A DNA stretch of 64,000 nucleotides from Selaginella moellendorffii (lineage: Eukaryota; Plantae; Lycopodiophyta): contig NW_003314342.1 in the NCBI RefSeq assembly GCF_000143415.4, forward strand, positions 720,173 to 784,172. The letters run 5' to 3'. The notes under the pieces were generated by a model. It did no database searches. It saw only the letters and a list, made by a program, of their open reading frames with translations, and was not told where the DNA came from. The translations under genes were made by a program, and so were the position numbers. This document shows, in pieces, positions 1 to 13,376 of this stretch (positions within the stretch are counted from its first letter, which is position 1; each line of letters begins with the position of its first letter).

Positions 1-290
1 CGGATGCGTACAAACTGCTCCTTGAGCCAGGACCATTTCTCCAGGAGATAACTTATGCTACAACACTCTCCACTCAATCTCAATGTGGAAAGATCCACAA
101 AGCTGTCCCACTCATCATAGTTGTAGAAGAAATCATCCTCATACTGCATCTGCAACCTTGCTCGAGCCCAAGCCTCTGCCATCGCAAGCTTCTCCCTCAT
201 CTTGATCAGGTCACACTTGAGGCGGCAAAACAAGTCCAGGTCCTGAGGAACAACAATGGAATACACCTTTCCCGGGTACCTGTCTCGAAC
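1..290 (-). CDS. Probable exon of an unidentified gene running off the left edge
   Basis: After a TTTCACAG acceptor (AG at 291-292 on the minus strand) there is a stop-free frame VRDRYPGKVYSIVVPQDLDLFCRLKCDLIKMREKLAMAEAWARARLQMQYEDDFFYNYDEWDSFVDL...KEQFVRI to position 1. No family recognised. Confidence 0.35.
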
Positions 291-834
291 CTGTGAAAGT
301 ACAGTGGACGATGTGGTGTTTCAGATCGCAGCGGAATGATAACTTGATGAAAGCAACAAAACCATCGAGCTCGGTCTTTGGGGATCAATAGATTATATTG
401 AAGAACTGAAGACTACCTACAGTTAAGTGCATGCAGCAACAGATCATATAAAAAATGAATGCAGAGAATAACAAATCGGGATTTCTAGGAAGTTTGTGCG
501 TGTTGTTAGTAATAATAATAATAATCATAAAAACCTGATGTTCAGCCAGTTAGAAGATTGTCTGAAATTTATGCATGTACTGATTCTTCAGCTCTTGAGC
601 AACTGATTGCTGCTGGCTCACTTTCTATATTTATCAAAGAGATTTTTTTTTAACAATAAACATCTAAGCTGCTGCAGTTAAGCCGTGACATTGTAAAGTT
701 TAAAAAGGAAAAGAATTAGAAAAGGAAAAAACAGAAAACACGAGCTTTTTACTACTACAGTTAAGTAATAACAAATCGGGATTTCTAGGGTATGCGTGCG
801 GCGCTAAGGTTTGTGTGGTGTGTGTGTCAATCTC

Positions 835-3800
835 ATGGAGTGGAAAACGTTTTTCAGGGATCCCACTTTCTGGTGGGACAACAGGTTCAAGAAGAAAAAC
901 AAGTTCTCCTCAGAGTCCTACCCGGATTTCAAACATGTTTCTACCGGAGAGAGCCTGTGGATCGCCAACAGGAAAACACCAACCTGGGTCTCTGCAAAAC
1001 TCGAGTCGCTCGCTGACCCAGCTGTAGGTAAGGCCACCACGGCCCGCTACAAATCTCAACATACCCCACCTGTAGCTGGTGATGAACCGGTGAGTTTAGG
1101 GAGGCTGATACACCGCGTGAGAGACTCAGCTGAGAGCAGATCCCTTTCTTTGGGAAAACAAGCCCATGAAGCTGTGCTCAAGAGTGATGAGCACAAAAGC
1201 AACATCTACTTGTTGACGGGATTGATCGATATGTACTGCAAGTGTGGCGAGCTTGAGGAGGCTCGCAAGATTTTCGACTCCATGGGAACCCGGAGTGTTG
1301 TGTCCTACAACGCGATCATCCAGGGCTGCGGCTCGAACGGGCAAGCTGAACTTGCTCTGGAGTACTACTCTGCCCTGAGAGCTTGTACCACCATTCAACC
1401 CAACGATCGGACACATGTCGCGGTGATCAGCGCCTGCTCCAGACTTGCTACCGAATCCAGCAAGAAGAGGGAGAGAGCTCTACGCATCGGGATGGAAGTC
1501 CATTCAATGCTGAGCAAGGAGAAGAAACAGGTAGATCTGTTCCTGGCGACTTGCCTGGTAGACATGTACTGCAAGTGTGGCGAGCTTGAGGAGGCTCGCA
1601 AGATTTTCCACTCCATGGGAACTCGGAGTGTTGTGTCCTACACCGCGATCATCCAGGGCTGCAACACGAACGGGCGAGCTGAACTTGCTCTGGAGTACTA
1701 CTCTGCCCTGAGAGCTGATAACACCATTCAACCTGACGATCGGACTCATGTCGTGGTGATCAGCGCCTGCTCCACACTTGCTACCGAATCCAGCGAGAAG
1801 AGGGAGAGAGCTCTACGCATCGGGATGGAGATCCATTCAATGCTGAGCAAGGAGAAGAAACAGCTAGATCTGTTCGTGGCGAATTGCCTGGTAGACATGT
1901 ACTGCAACTGTGGCGAGCTTGAGGAGGCTCGCAAGATTTTCCACTCCATGGGAACTCGAAGTGTTGTGTCCTACACCGCGATCATCCAGGGCTGCAACAC
2001 GAACGGGCGAGCTGAACTTGCTCTGGAGTACTACTCTGCCCTGAGAGCTCGTACCACCATTCAACCCAACGATCGGACTCATGTCGCGGTGATCAGCGCC
2101 TGCTCCACACTTGCTACCGAATCCAGCGAGAAGAGGGAGAGAGCTCTACGCATCGGGATGGAAGTCCATTCAATGCTGAGCAAGGAGAAGAAACAGGCAG
2201 ATCTGTTCCTGGCGACTTGCCTGGTAGACATGTACTGCAACTGTGGCGAGCTTGAGGAGGCTCGCAAGATTTTCCACTCCATGGGAACTCGAAGTGTTGT
2301 GTCCTACACCGCGATCATCCAGGGCTGCAACACGAACGGGCGAGCTGAACTTGCTCTGGAGTACTACTCTGCCCTGAGAGCTCGTACCACCATTCAACCC
2401 AACGATCGGACTCATGTCGCGGTGATCAGCGCCTGCTCCACACTTGCTACCGAATCCAGCGAGAAGAGGGAGAGAGCTCTACGCATCGGGATGGAAGTCC
2501 ATTCAATGCTGAGCAAGGAGAAGAAACAGGCAGATCTGTTCCTGGCGACTTGCCTGGTAGACATGTACTGCAAGTGTGGCGAGCTTGAGGAGGCTCGCAA
2601 GATTTTCCACTCCATGGGAACTCGGAGTGTTGTGTCCTACACCGCGATCATCCAGGGCTGCAACACGAATGGGCGAGCTGAACTTGCTCTGGAGTACTAC
2701 TCTGCCCTGAGAGCTGATAACACCATTCAAGCTGATGCTTGCACCTACACCTGCGTCCTTGTTGCTTGCGGGAGTGTGATGGCGATCAAGCTCGGGAGGG
2801 AGATTCACCAGCTGGCGAAGCATAAAGGGCTGCTGAAAAACAATCCAGTTCTGGGCTCCAGCCTGGTGAGCTTCTACGGCAAATGCGGCGATGTTGATTC
2901 TGCTCAGGAAGCGTTTGACGAGTGCCGAGCTCGGGACGACACGGGTCTATGGAACTCTCTCATACAGGCTTACACTCTCCAGGGCCGATCGATCGAGGCC
3001 TTGGAGCGTTTCTATTCCATGACTCAGGAGGAGGGCTGTAAAGCTGACGATGTGAGTTTTGTCTCGGTGTTGAACGCTTGCAGCCATGGTGGTCTGGTCG
3101 GGAAAGGAAGGCAGCTTCTGGATGAAATGCCCAAGCAGTATGGAGTCAAGCCACGTCTGGAGCATTATGTGTGCCTGATCGATATGCTCGGGCGAGCTAA
3201 CCTCCTCGACGAAGCTGTGAGAGTTCTCAGAGCCATGCCTTTTGAACCGGATGCAGTGGTTTGGACGTCCCTGCTCGGAGCCTGCCGGAAGTGGAAGAAT
3301 TACACGATCGGCAAACTCGCGTTTGAGCGTCTTGTGGAGATGGATCCCAAGAGCAGCACACCCTACGCATTGATGGCCAATATATTTGGAAACCTGGGGA
3401 TGCTCAGTGAAAGGGCCGCTGTTGTGGAGAGAATGAGAGGTGAAGGCAGCTTCAGGGAGCCCGAGAGAAGCTGGTGGACGGATGTTAGCTCAGGAAAAGT
3501 GCATTCTTTTTCTGTCGGGGATAAGAGTCACTCACAGAGCGACGAGATTGCGGCCAAGCTCAAGCAATTGTTGCTGAGAATGAAAGAGGAGGGGTACGCG
3601 AGCGATGTGATCAACGTTCTAAAAGACATACCTGAGGAAGAGAAAGAGGATCACCTGTGCGGCCACAGTGAGAAGCTTGCGCTGGGGTGTGCTCTGGTGA
3701 ACTCGCACCAGAAGGAAACCATCAGAATTGTGAAAAATCTCCGAGTTTGTGACGATTGCCATGCGGCCACTGCTCTCATCTCTAAGCTGGAAAAAAGGCT

Positions 3801-3873
3801 AATCATCTGCAAAGATGCCAGTCAGGTTCATGTGTTCCAGGATGGCAGATGTTCCTGTGACAACTACTTTTGA
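835..3873 (+). CDS. PLS-class PPR-E1-E2-DYW RNA-editing factor (DYW:WW-type) with an N-terminal OSB-type PDF motif
   Basis: Single-exon ORF; first ATG at 835, with an in-frame TAA at 805-807. Contains P-L-S triplets, P2-L2-S2 (..FVSVLNACSHGGLV..LEHYVCLIDMLGRA), E1 (PDAVVWTSLLGAC), PERSWWTD, the deaminase motifs HSEKLA and CDDCH, and the C-terminus HVFQDGRCSCDNYF. The N-terminus WKTFFRDPTFWWDNR..K..PDFKH..TGESLWI..P.WV..KL matches the PDF motif. Confidence 0.93.
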   Translation: MEWKTFFRDPTFWWDNRFKKKNKFSSESYPDFKHVSTGESLWIANRKTPTWVSAKLESLADPAVGKATTARYKSQHTPPVAGDEPVSLGRLIHRVRDSAESRSLSLGKQAHEAVLKSDEHKSNIYLLTGLIDMYCKCGELEEARKIFDSMGTRSVVSYNAIIQGCGSNGQAELALEYYSALRACTTIQPNDRTHVAVISACSRLATESSKKRERALRIGMEVHSMLSKEKKQVDLFLATCLVDMYCKCGELEEARKIFHSMGTRSVVSYTAIIQGCNTNGRAELALEYYSALRADNTIQPDDRTHVVVISACSTLATESSEKRERALRIGMEIHSMLSKEKKQLDLFVANCLVDMYCNCGELEEARKIFHSMGTRSVVSYTAIIQGCNTNGRAELALEYYSALRARTTIQPNDRTHVAVISACSTLATESSEKRERALRIGMEVHSMLSKEKKQADLFLATCLVDMYCNCGELEEARKIFHSMGTRSVVSYTAIIQGCNTNGRAELALEYYSALRARTTIQPNDRTHVAVISACSTLATESSEKRERALRIGMEVHSMLSKEKKQADLFLATCLVDMYCKCGELEEARKIFHSMGTRSVVSYTAIIQGCNTNGRAELALEYYSALRADNTIQADACTYTCVLVACGSVMAIKLGREIHQLAKHKGLLKNNPVLGSSLVSFYGKCGDVDSAQEAFDECRARDDTGLWNSLIQAYTLQGRSIEALERFYSMTQEEGCKADDVSFVSVLNACSHGGLVGKGRQLLDEMPKQYGVKPRLEHYVCLIDMLGRANLLDEAVRVLRAMPFEPDAVVWTSLLGACRKWKNYTIGKLAFERLVEMDPKSSTPYALMANIFGNLGMLSERAAVVERMRGEGSFREPERSWWTDVSSGKVHSFSVGDKSHSQSDEIAAKLKQLLLRMKEEGYASDVINVLKDIPEEEKEDHLCGHSEKLALGCALVNSHQKETIRIVKNLRVCDDCHAATALISKLEKRLIICKDASQVHVFQDGRCSCDNYF
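1231..2730 (+). repeat. Intragenic tandem repeat: ~4.5 near-identical 333-bp (111-aa) S-P-L triplet units
   Basis: ATGTACTGCAA(G/C)TGTGGCGAGCTTGAGGAG recurs at 1231, 1564, 1897, 2230 and 2563 (exact 333-bp period). Units 3 and 4 are identical in protein sequence. Confidence 0.97.
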
Positions 3874-5286
3874 AAACATGTCAGTGCTCTTTCTTGCAGT
3901 TATCCCTGGTTTTAAACCCTCCGTGAGTCAAGCAGAAACATGGGCCGCTGAGTGAGCATGCCTCGTCAAAGTACCGCCGTCAACCTGAACTTCACGGAGA
4001 AAAAATTAACATTTAAAAGTTAAAATTATGCAAAAGGAGGATGACACGTTGTCTTAAATTTAAATTTCTTTTTGGTAGCAGAATCGGGGAATGCTGACTA
4101 AACCTGCCCCAAAACGGAGCGCCCAGATTCAGATAATAAGCCTTACTATGAAGACTTGTCGGTGCCCCAAACTCTTTGATGATAGCAACTACCGCCTCAT
4201 GTTCCGGGAGCAAGGTGATGGCGGCTTGCGGCATGACCAACTTTGGGTTTGTGCTCCTAGAGCATGTTGAAGACGTGTGGAAGCTGGTGACAACGGCATT
4301 TATTTCTTGCGACGTACTCACCAGTTCCTCGGCGACGTCTTCCTTCCAGATTTTTTGAGCTTGTCGTGAGTGGTGACCTGCTTGCTCTCCCCTGTGACGA
4401 CTTCTTCCAGCCTTTGGTGCCCAGCCTCAAGGCTCTCTTGTGGATGGAGCTAGCCCTACACAGTGTGTGTGTGTGTATCAACCAGCAGATGCACAAATCG
4501 TTGAGAATTAGCAACAAGTGTGTATCATAGGCTTAGTACATAGTGTACTAGTGTACATGTCCATGTGTTTCAGCTAAATATAATGGGCCAAATACACCGA
4601 AGAAGTGTGTATAAGAAGAGTAGAAACAAATTAAGAAATGTAAATTAAGAAGTGCAAAAGAAATGAAAATAAAAATTGTCCATCCTCATCAGTTTGCTGA
4701 AATTAAGTTGGATTCAATTCTTCCAGCTCCAAATATTGTGTGATTGAGTTGTAAGTTAATTAATAGTAGAAAATAAGAAAAGAAACAAACATTGAAAAAA
4801 TAGTGTTTGATAATATCTTCTTTACTTTTAGTTTTTTATTTTCGAAAGAAAATTAGGGGGGAGTGCTGGTAAAGATATCTTTGCCGTTCATTGGTGGTTA
4901 ATTAAATGAGCATGTTTAGAGATGTTTATAAGAGTTTAGCTCTGGACCAAGAGTTACCCGAAAATTAAAGTGCAAAATTTACGTTTTCCCTATTTGCGCA
5001 ATAACTTAATGTACTTACCCTTATTTTTTATGGGAAAATTATTAGTATTTTGGATTCGCAAGAAAAAAAAGGCCAATTCTTAAGTAATTTTCAAAAACCC
5101 CGACCAAATCTAGGGGGGGTCATTTTATTTTAAGCGAAGTTGTTAAAGATTATTCCGGAAATATTCGAGAAGATTCTTAGGTTAGGGTTTGGCGTGTGCG
5201 ACTTTTCTTCAATTAGGTTTTGTTGCTTGCTGTGCAAGCTTTCATGCTGACAAACGTGGGATGATTGAAGATGGGAGACTTCGGAT

Positions 5287-5385
5287 CCACCAGTTGGCGC
5301 TGTTCTCACTCAATAGGCCGCGCTTGGATCCTGTGATACTGTGGAATGCCTCTAGCAGTGGTGCTCAACAAAGTGGATCTTGTTA
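5287..5385 (+). pseudogene. Fragment of an RsgA/EngC-like circularly permuted GTPase
   Basis: HQLALFSLNRPRLDPVIL then (frame change) GMPLAVVLNKVDLV with a G4 NKxD motif. The paralogous site at 13692-13743 supplies VEAESTGIPLAV, as in plant RsgA 'LFS..P.L.P..L.RFLVEAESTGIPL...LNK..LV'. Confidence 0.55.
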
Positions 5386-6175
5386 CTCAGGATTATTTCG
5401 CTTTTGCAAAGCAGTTCGCAGATATTCTTGTGGAAGTCCTAAAAAGAATCCTGTTTCTCTCTAGTGTGAACTTGGTGACGGCAGAGGACTTAGCAGCAAT
5501 GGCGACAAAGGTGGCGGTGGCGTTGGCGGCGTAAATGATAGTGGAGGAGAAGATGGTGGCTGTGACGAATTTATATCCTGCGAAAACTCCCGGGAGGAGC
5601 GATGGATGCTGCTCACGATTGTCTCCTCTAGCGAGCTTAGCGGCAAGGAGATGCCAGAAGAACGTTGTAGTTCTTCATCCGCAGCGAGTGCAACGCACTG
5701 GAGAGATCACTGTCCGTGGAGATGAAAAGATGCGCTGGTGGCGGATGATCGACAGTCCACAGCACCAAAACCAGCATGGGAGTTCGATCGGAGGCCAAAT
5801 TCTTGCGAGCTGGAAGAGAAACAAAAATCACAACGATTGATCCACGAAAATCTAGCAAATCGAAAACTTACACGATGGCAAATTGTGGAGAGAAATCCCA
5901 GTGGAAGCCAACGCCTCCTGTGTGCTCCGCGAGAGCTGCCATGTATCGCCAAAAGCGTCGATCGACACTGGACCCTTGAATCCTCTGGTTCACAGCCCAG
6001 CAATCCCCACGTTCGTCGCAGGAATCCCAGCTGGGATGTCGCAGTCCTCGAAATCCCACCACACCGCCACTCTCACCGCTCGCAGCCCCGCATCACATCC
6101 ACTGCCATACAATCTTCATCCTCGACCAGCGCTGGACATTGATAGCATTGCTTAAACCCTGGATGGAAGCTTTAC

Positions 6176-7831
6176 ATGGTTGCCAAGAACATCTTTCCCC
6201 GGGATGATCACTTGGAATCATACGCTCGTCTCGTCAGGTGCTGTGGCAACGCGAAAGATCTGAGCGATGCTCGCAAGATCCACGCTTTGATCGAAGGAAC
6301 CCATTACAAGAACAACGTCTACATTGCGAATCTCCTCGTCCAAATGTATGGCAAATGCGGGAGCTCTGGCGATGCACGCAGCGTGTTTGATTCCATTCTC
6401 ACCCCCAACTCCTTTTCATGGACAATCCTGCTCCAAGCCCACATTCACAACCAGCAGCTCCACGAGGCCAAGCGCGTCTTCGATTCCATGCCCGGGAAGA
6501 ATGTAGTGACTTGGAATGCGCTTCTTTCGGCAAATGCCAAAATCGGGCAAATTCATGAAGCGAGGCTTGTTTTCGATCGAATTCCAGAGTGGGACGTTGT
6601 TTGCATGAATGCTATTGTCACTGGGTTGGCGAGATCTGGAATGATCATCCAGGCTAGAAACCAATTTGAAAACATGCCTGAGAGAGACTCTGTGTCGTGG
6701 AATGTGATTATTTCGGCATATGCTCAAGCTGGAGATTTTCTTGAAGCAAAGAAGCTGTTTGACAGAATGGAACGAGACCATGATTCTCACAAAAGACTGA
6801 GCAATCCAGTCCTATGGAACTCTATGATCGTTGCGCATGCTCAGTGCGGAGATCTTGATGGAGCACAAAAGTTCTTTGCGAGGATGGCGCAGAGAGATTG
6901 CGTGTCGTGGGCAACACTTATCAACTCTTTTGCGCAGCATGGCTGCACTAATCTAGCAAGAGACACATATGAGAGAATGCCACAGCACGATGTTATAGCG
7001 TGGACTGGAATGCTCCGAGCAAACTCCCAGTGCGGTGAAATCGATCAAGTACACAATCTCTTCGATTCAATGCCTCAAAGAAACCTTGTGTCGTGGACAG
7101 TTTTCCTAGAAACACTTTGCAATCAAGATAATTTTGCAAAAGCTAGAAGAGTGTTTGATCTGATGCCCCAGAGAGACAGCGTTCCTTGGAATGTTATGAT
7201 CACTGCATATGCCCAACGAGGGCATGTATACGAAGCAAAGTGCTTTTTTGACAGTGTAGAAGTTCCAAACGTTATCACGTGGAATTGCATGATCGGAGCG
7301 TATGGGCAAAATGGACACTTAGACGATGCTTGGGCATTGTTTAGACGCTGTTTACAGCCAAACATAGTGACCTGGAACGTTCTTATCGTGTCGTTTGCCC
7401 AGAATCTACATTGTGCTGAGTCCATTCATCTCTTTGAAGTCTTGAATCTGGAAGGGTTCAAGCCAGACGAGCTGAGTTTCATGGGCCTTTTGATCGCTTG
7501 CTGCCACCTTGGGCTGGTAATTGCTGCTAGAGATACCTTGGCTTCAATGGTTTTTGACTACGATATAAGCCCTGAGCGAGATCACTACTGCTGCTTGATC
7601 GGTGTTCTTGCGGGAGCTGGGCTCTTGGATGATGCCGAGGATCTCATCAACACAATGCCATTTGTTCCAGATGTTTCCAACTGGGGATGCTTCGTGAGTG
7701 CCTGTAAGATCCACTCTGCTGGAGTGGATAGGAGTGTTGGTGCTGCTTTCAATGCCATCGCGATGGATCCTAAAAACTCAGCACCATACGTGGATTTTGC
7801 GACAATTTTTACTGATGAGTGGTTAAACTAG
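6176..7831 (+). CDS. PLS-class PPR protein rich in short (S/SS) motifs, ending after E1/partial E2, no DYW (intact copy, unit 1)
   Basis: 551-aa single-exon ORF with ~31-aa repeats (VFDSMP..NVVTWNA..), then PDELSFMGLLIACCHLGLV, RDHYCCLIGVLAGAG and PDVSNWGCFVSAC. Confidence 0.9.
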   Translation: MVAKNIFPRDDHLESYARLVRCCGNAKDLSDARKIHALIEGTHYKNNVYIANLLVQMYGKCGSSGDARSVFDSILTPNSFSWTILLQAHIHNQQLHEAKRVFDSMPGKNVVTWNALLSANAKIGQIHEARLVFDRIPEWDVVCMNAIVTGLARSGMIIQARNQFENMPERDSVSWNVIISAYAQAGDFLEAKKLFDRMERDHDSHKRLSNPVLWNSMIVAHAQCGDLDGAQKFFARMAQRDCVSWATLINSFAQHGCTNLARDTYERMPQHDVIAWTGMLRANSQCGEIDQVHNLFDSMPQRNLVSWTVFLETLCNQDNFAKARRVFDLMPQRDSVPWNVMITAYAQRGHVYEAKCFFDSVEVPNVITWNCMIGAYGQNGHLDDAWALFRRCLQPNIVTWNVLIVSFAQNLHCAESIHLFEVLNLEGFKPDELSFMGLLIACCHLGLVIAARDTLASMVFDYDISPERDHYCCLIGVLAGAGLLDDAEDLINTMPFVPDVSNWGCFVSACKIHSAGVDRSVGAAFNAIAMDPKNSAPYVDFATIFTDEWLN

Positions 7832-8099
7832 CATTTTGGTATATTTAAATTTTTTGTGAAGCTTTTTTCAATCTAACTCTCTCGAAAGTTGTTATACCAG
7901 AATATTTTACTGCTCCTCTGCTTCAAGGAATTCTTTACCTGCTCCAAATACTTCAAAACCACTTCTAAAACGAGCTCTTGTATAATTAACTAAATCATTA
8001 ATCATTAATTAATTATGTTTAGGGCTTAAGGTTTATTCACAACATCAAGGTGGTCAAGAGCAGAAGAAATGTCCCCCCTCAGGCCTGCACAAATGCAGC

Positions 8100-9230
8100 T
8101 TGAATTGAAGCAATGCATACCTCCCATAAACAACAATTGAATAGGTGTTATTTGATTGCCAGAATAAATTCTATATGATTTTTGCAATTGTGTATTCTAG
8201 TAGTAGAATTTCAAGTTGGGGAGGGAGCTGCAGCAAATAGATATTGCTAGACAGTGAAGGCAAGATCCAGAACAACATTTTTGTATCGCCCCCTAGTGCA
8301 AACTAAACCAGTTAGGAAGCCATAGTGGTGGATAGTGTGGTAGTACCACTTGCTCTCTTCCAAGTCATAAACCATCTTTGTTGCGCAGCTGATTCATGCA
8401 GAAGTAGCTTGCACCTGCGGATGAAGAACCTATCACCACTCGGCTGTTGGACACCATGGCAGTACATTGATGTGAACCCTCCTACCAACTCTGATCCTAG
8501 TCCTCGTCCAAACCAAGAATTTGATTACGTCATCTTTATAATCCTATACAACGTGCCCTTGTACCAGTGGAAGCAAACCAACATCTGGAGTACTGTTGGA
8601 ATTGGAATGGCTTTGCACAAATTGAGCCTTAGATTGCATTTTTTCTGCATCATATACGTCTTGCCAAGCTCTGAAATCCAGACAAGCTGGGGGTCATGGT
8701 CCTTGTTAGGAAGTGGTTGCCATGGATTTGTGAGGGAGGAGTAGACTTTTGCACTTGCGAACCACGTAGAGAGCTTCAGCATCATAATCCACAATAAGTT
8801 TCATTGAGTGGGAGGATCCTTGAGCTAAAATAAGACGTGTTACACTCTGAGACAAGTGATCCATATGGCTTGTTCCCCGTTGCAAGAGCGGACCAGCACC
8901 AAGTATATAATAAAGAAAAAATTAAGTTCATACTTTAGTTTACTGTGTGGCACCTAGATCCCTGTGTATGCACGACTTCCCAACCCACTTCACTATGGGA
9001 GACTGTTTTCATGAGAACAACCCAAGAAGAAGCCCAACCAGAAAAAATTTCTCTTTTTCTTTGTTCACAGGCAATACAAACCTTGTGTAAACCGTTACCT
9101 TTTCCTTGACCACCATGCTCAAGTTGTACAAGATCTTCCCATTGTCCTTCTATGAGAACCACCATATACTCTAGAACATCATATCCATGAGTTGCAAGGC
9201 CATACCAATCTTTGCCATCACCTGGTGAAT
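8100..9230 (-). pseudogene. Degenerate coding-like relic, possibly F-box/kelch-associated; also present in units 2-4 (~15950-17310, ~25130-26260, ~39610-40690)
   Basis: Broken frames include VYSSLTNPWQPLP, resembling the 'VYSS.TNSW' motif of F-box-associated repeats. Many stops and frameshifts. Confidence 0.3.
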
Positions 9231-10277
9231 AACAACAGCAGTAATTTATGTACCTCTTGTAGAATTTCTGCTATGTTGAATTATAACTTACTTTATAAAC
9301 TACTGCAGAAAAGCTGATACAGATGCACTTCTTTTGCAAATAGTCTTTAGGGCTGATCCTTTACAAACGATGTGAGGTCCTTTTAGACTTTTGAAAGAAA
9401 ATTGAAACTTTAGCTTTATAACCATCATGTGAGTTATTTAAGGTGTGAAGAGTGAAACTACTTATTATAAGTCATTTTTAGACTGTGCTTTCAATGTGTA
9501 TTATTGATTTTTTTTTCTTTAGGCTTCAAACGTACTAGAATACCTAAAGAAATACTCAAAGCTCTCAAGGCAAACATATTATTGAGCATTTAGCTGACAG
9601 TTATTTGATACAAAATTAAAAGAAGAGCATAATTATTTCATTGGTTATATAATTGACTCTTTACTATTATCAGTTAAACAAAAACGACTTTATTGTGGTA
9701 GTAATGAAATTATATATCTCTGAAAAACTAATTTTGAGAAAAATAACCTTAAAGATAATTATTAAATAACATAATAAAATGATATAAGTATAATATATAT
9801 AATCTATATAAGCTAGATTTATATATAAGCTCTTCACTTAAAAAAGAAAAACATTTTATAAAAGTAAATTTTATAATGTTTTGTAAATGACTAAAAATTG
9901 CTGATGCAACTAGTATAAACAACTAAAAACCTTTAATAGTATAATGATAATCACAAAATTGTTAGTACACTAAATTAAAGTATTAAATTAATCAAAATGT
10001 TATATTATAACATCTTAATATGCTTGAAGTATATTAGCAGCAGTAGATTGTAACAAATTCTAGATAAAGATATTTCCCACTTTTGATTCCTTAGTAAATT
10101 AAAGTTTTAAAGAAAATTTATTAAAAAACGAGTGTTTTGTAGAAAGTTTGGGTACTGCATTATTATGCCAAAAGAGGGCATCTTGGAAATGAAAGGGATT
10201 GAAGCTTGACGCACTGTTTTGCCGCCAAATCTTGTGACCTGGAGCATTCTTATCATGTCGACTGCCATCTCTTCAAC

Positions 10278-13090
<2,813 letters not shown>

Positions 13091-13376
13091 CGCTCCAGGG
13101 AAATCTTCTCCCCACGCGGCTCCATTTTAAAGGCTAAAGCGCGGGCGGAAGCTCCAACCACGAGCAAAGGCCACTCCGCCAGGCGATCAATAAGTCTCGT
13201 CCATTTCTATCGGATCTCGCATCATATCACCAAAATCCAAAGAAAGAACCTCGCACGCATCATTCCCGCCAAATGCAGGCAACTTAAAACACTAAACCCC
13301 AGCTAGGGCTTTGTTTTACCGCATTAAAACAAAGACGAGTGTTAAATCACTCGCTCTCTCTCTCTCTCGTGTCTAG

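Noticed and set aside
1231-2730. Possible CRISPR-like array
   Set aside because: Repeats are contiguous in-frame coding units without unique spacers, in a eukaryotic context.
1126-2823. Repeated minus-strand ORFs (MEWKILRASSS.., MSPIVGLNGG..)
   Set aside because: Antisense shadows of the 333-bp PPR repeat.
4013-4517. Minus-strand ORFs downstream of the PPR-DYW gene
   Set aside because: No recognisable domain or convincing gene structure; possibly a relic but unsupported.
5868-5990. Exon-like minus-strand segment YMAALAEHTGGVGFHWDFSPQFAIV followed by GTAAGT
   Set aside because: Looks like a captured gene fragment, but I cannot assign a family.
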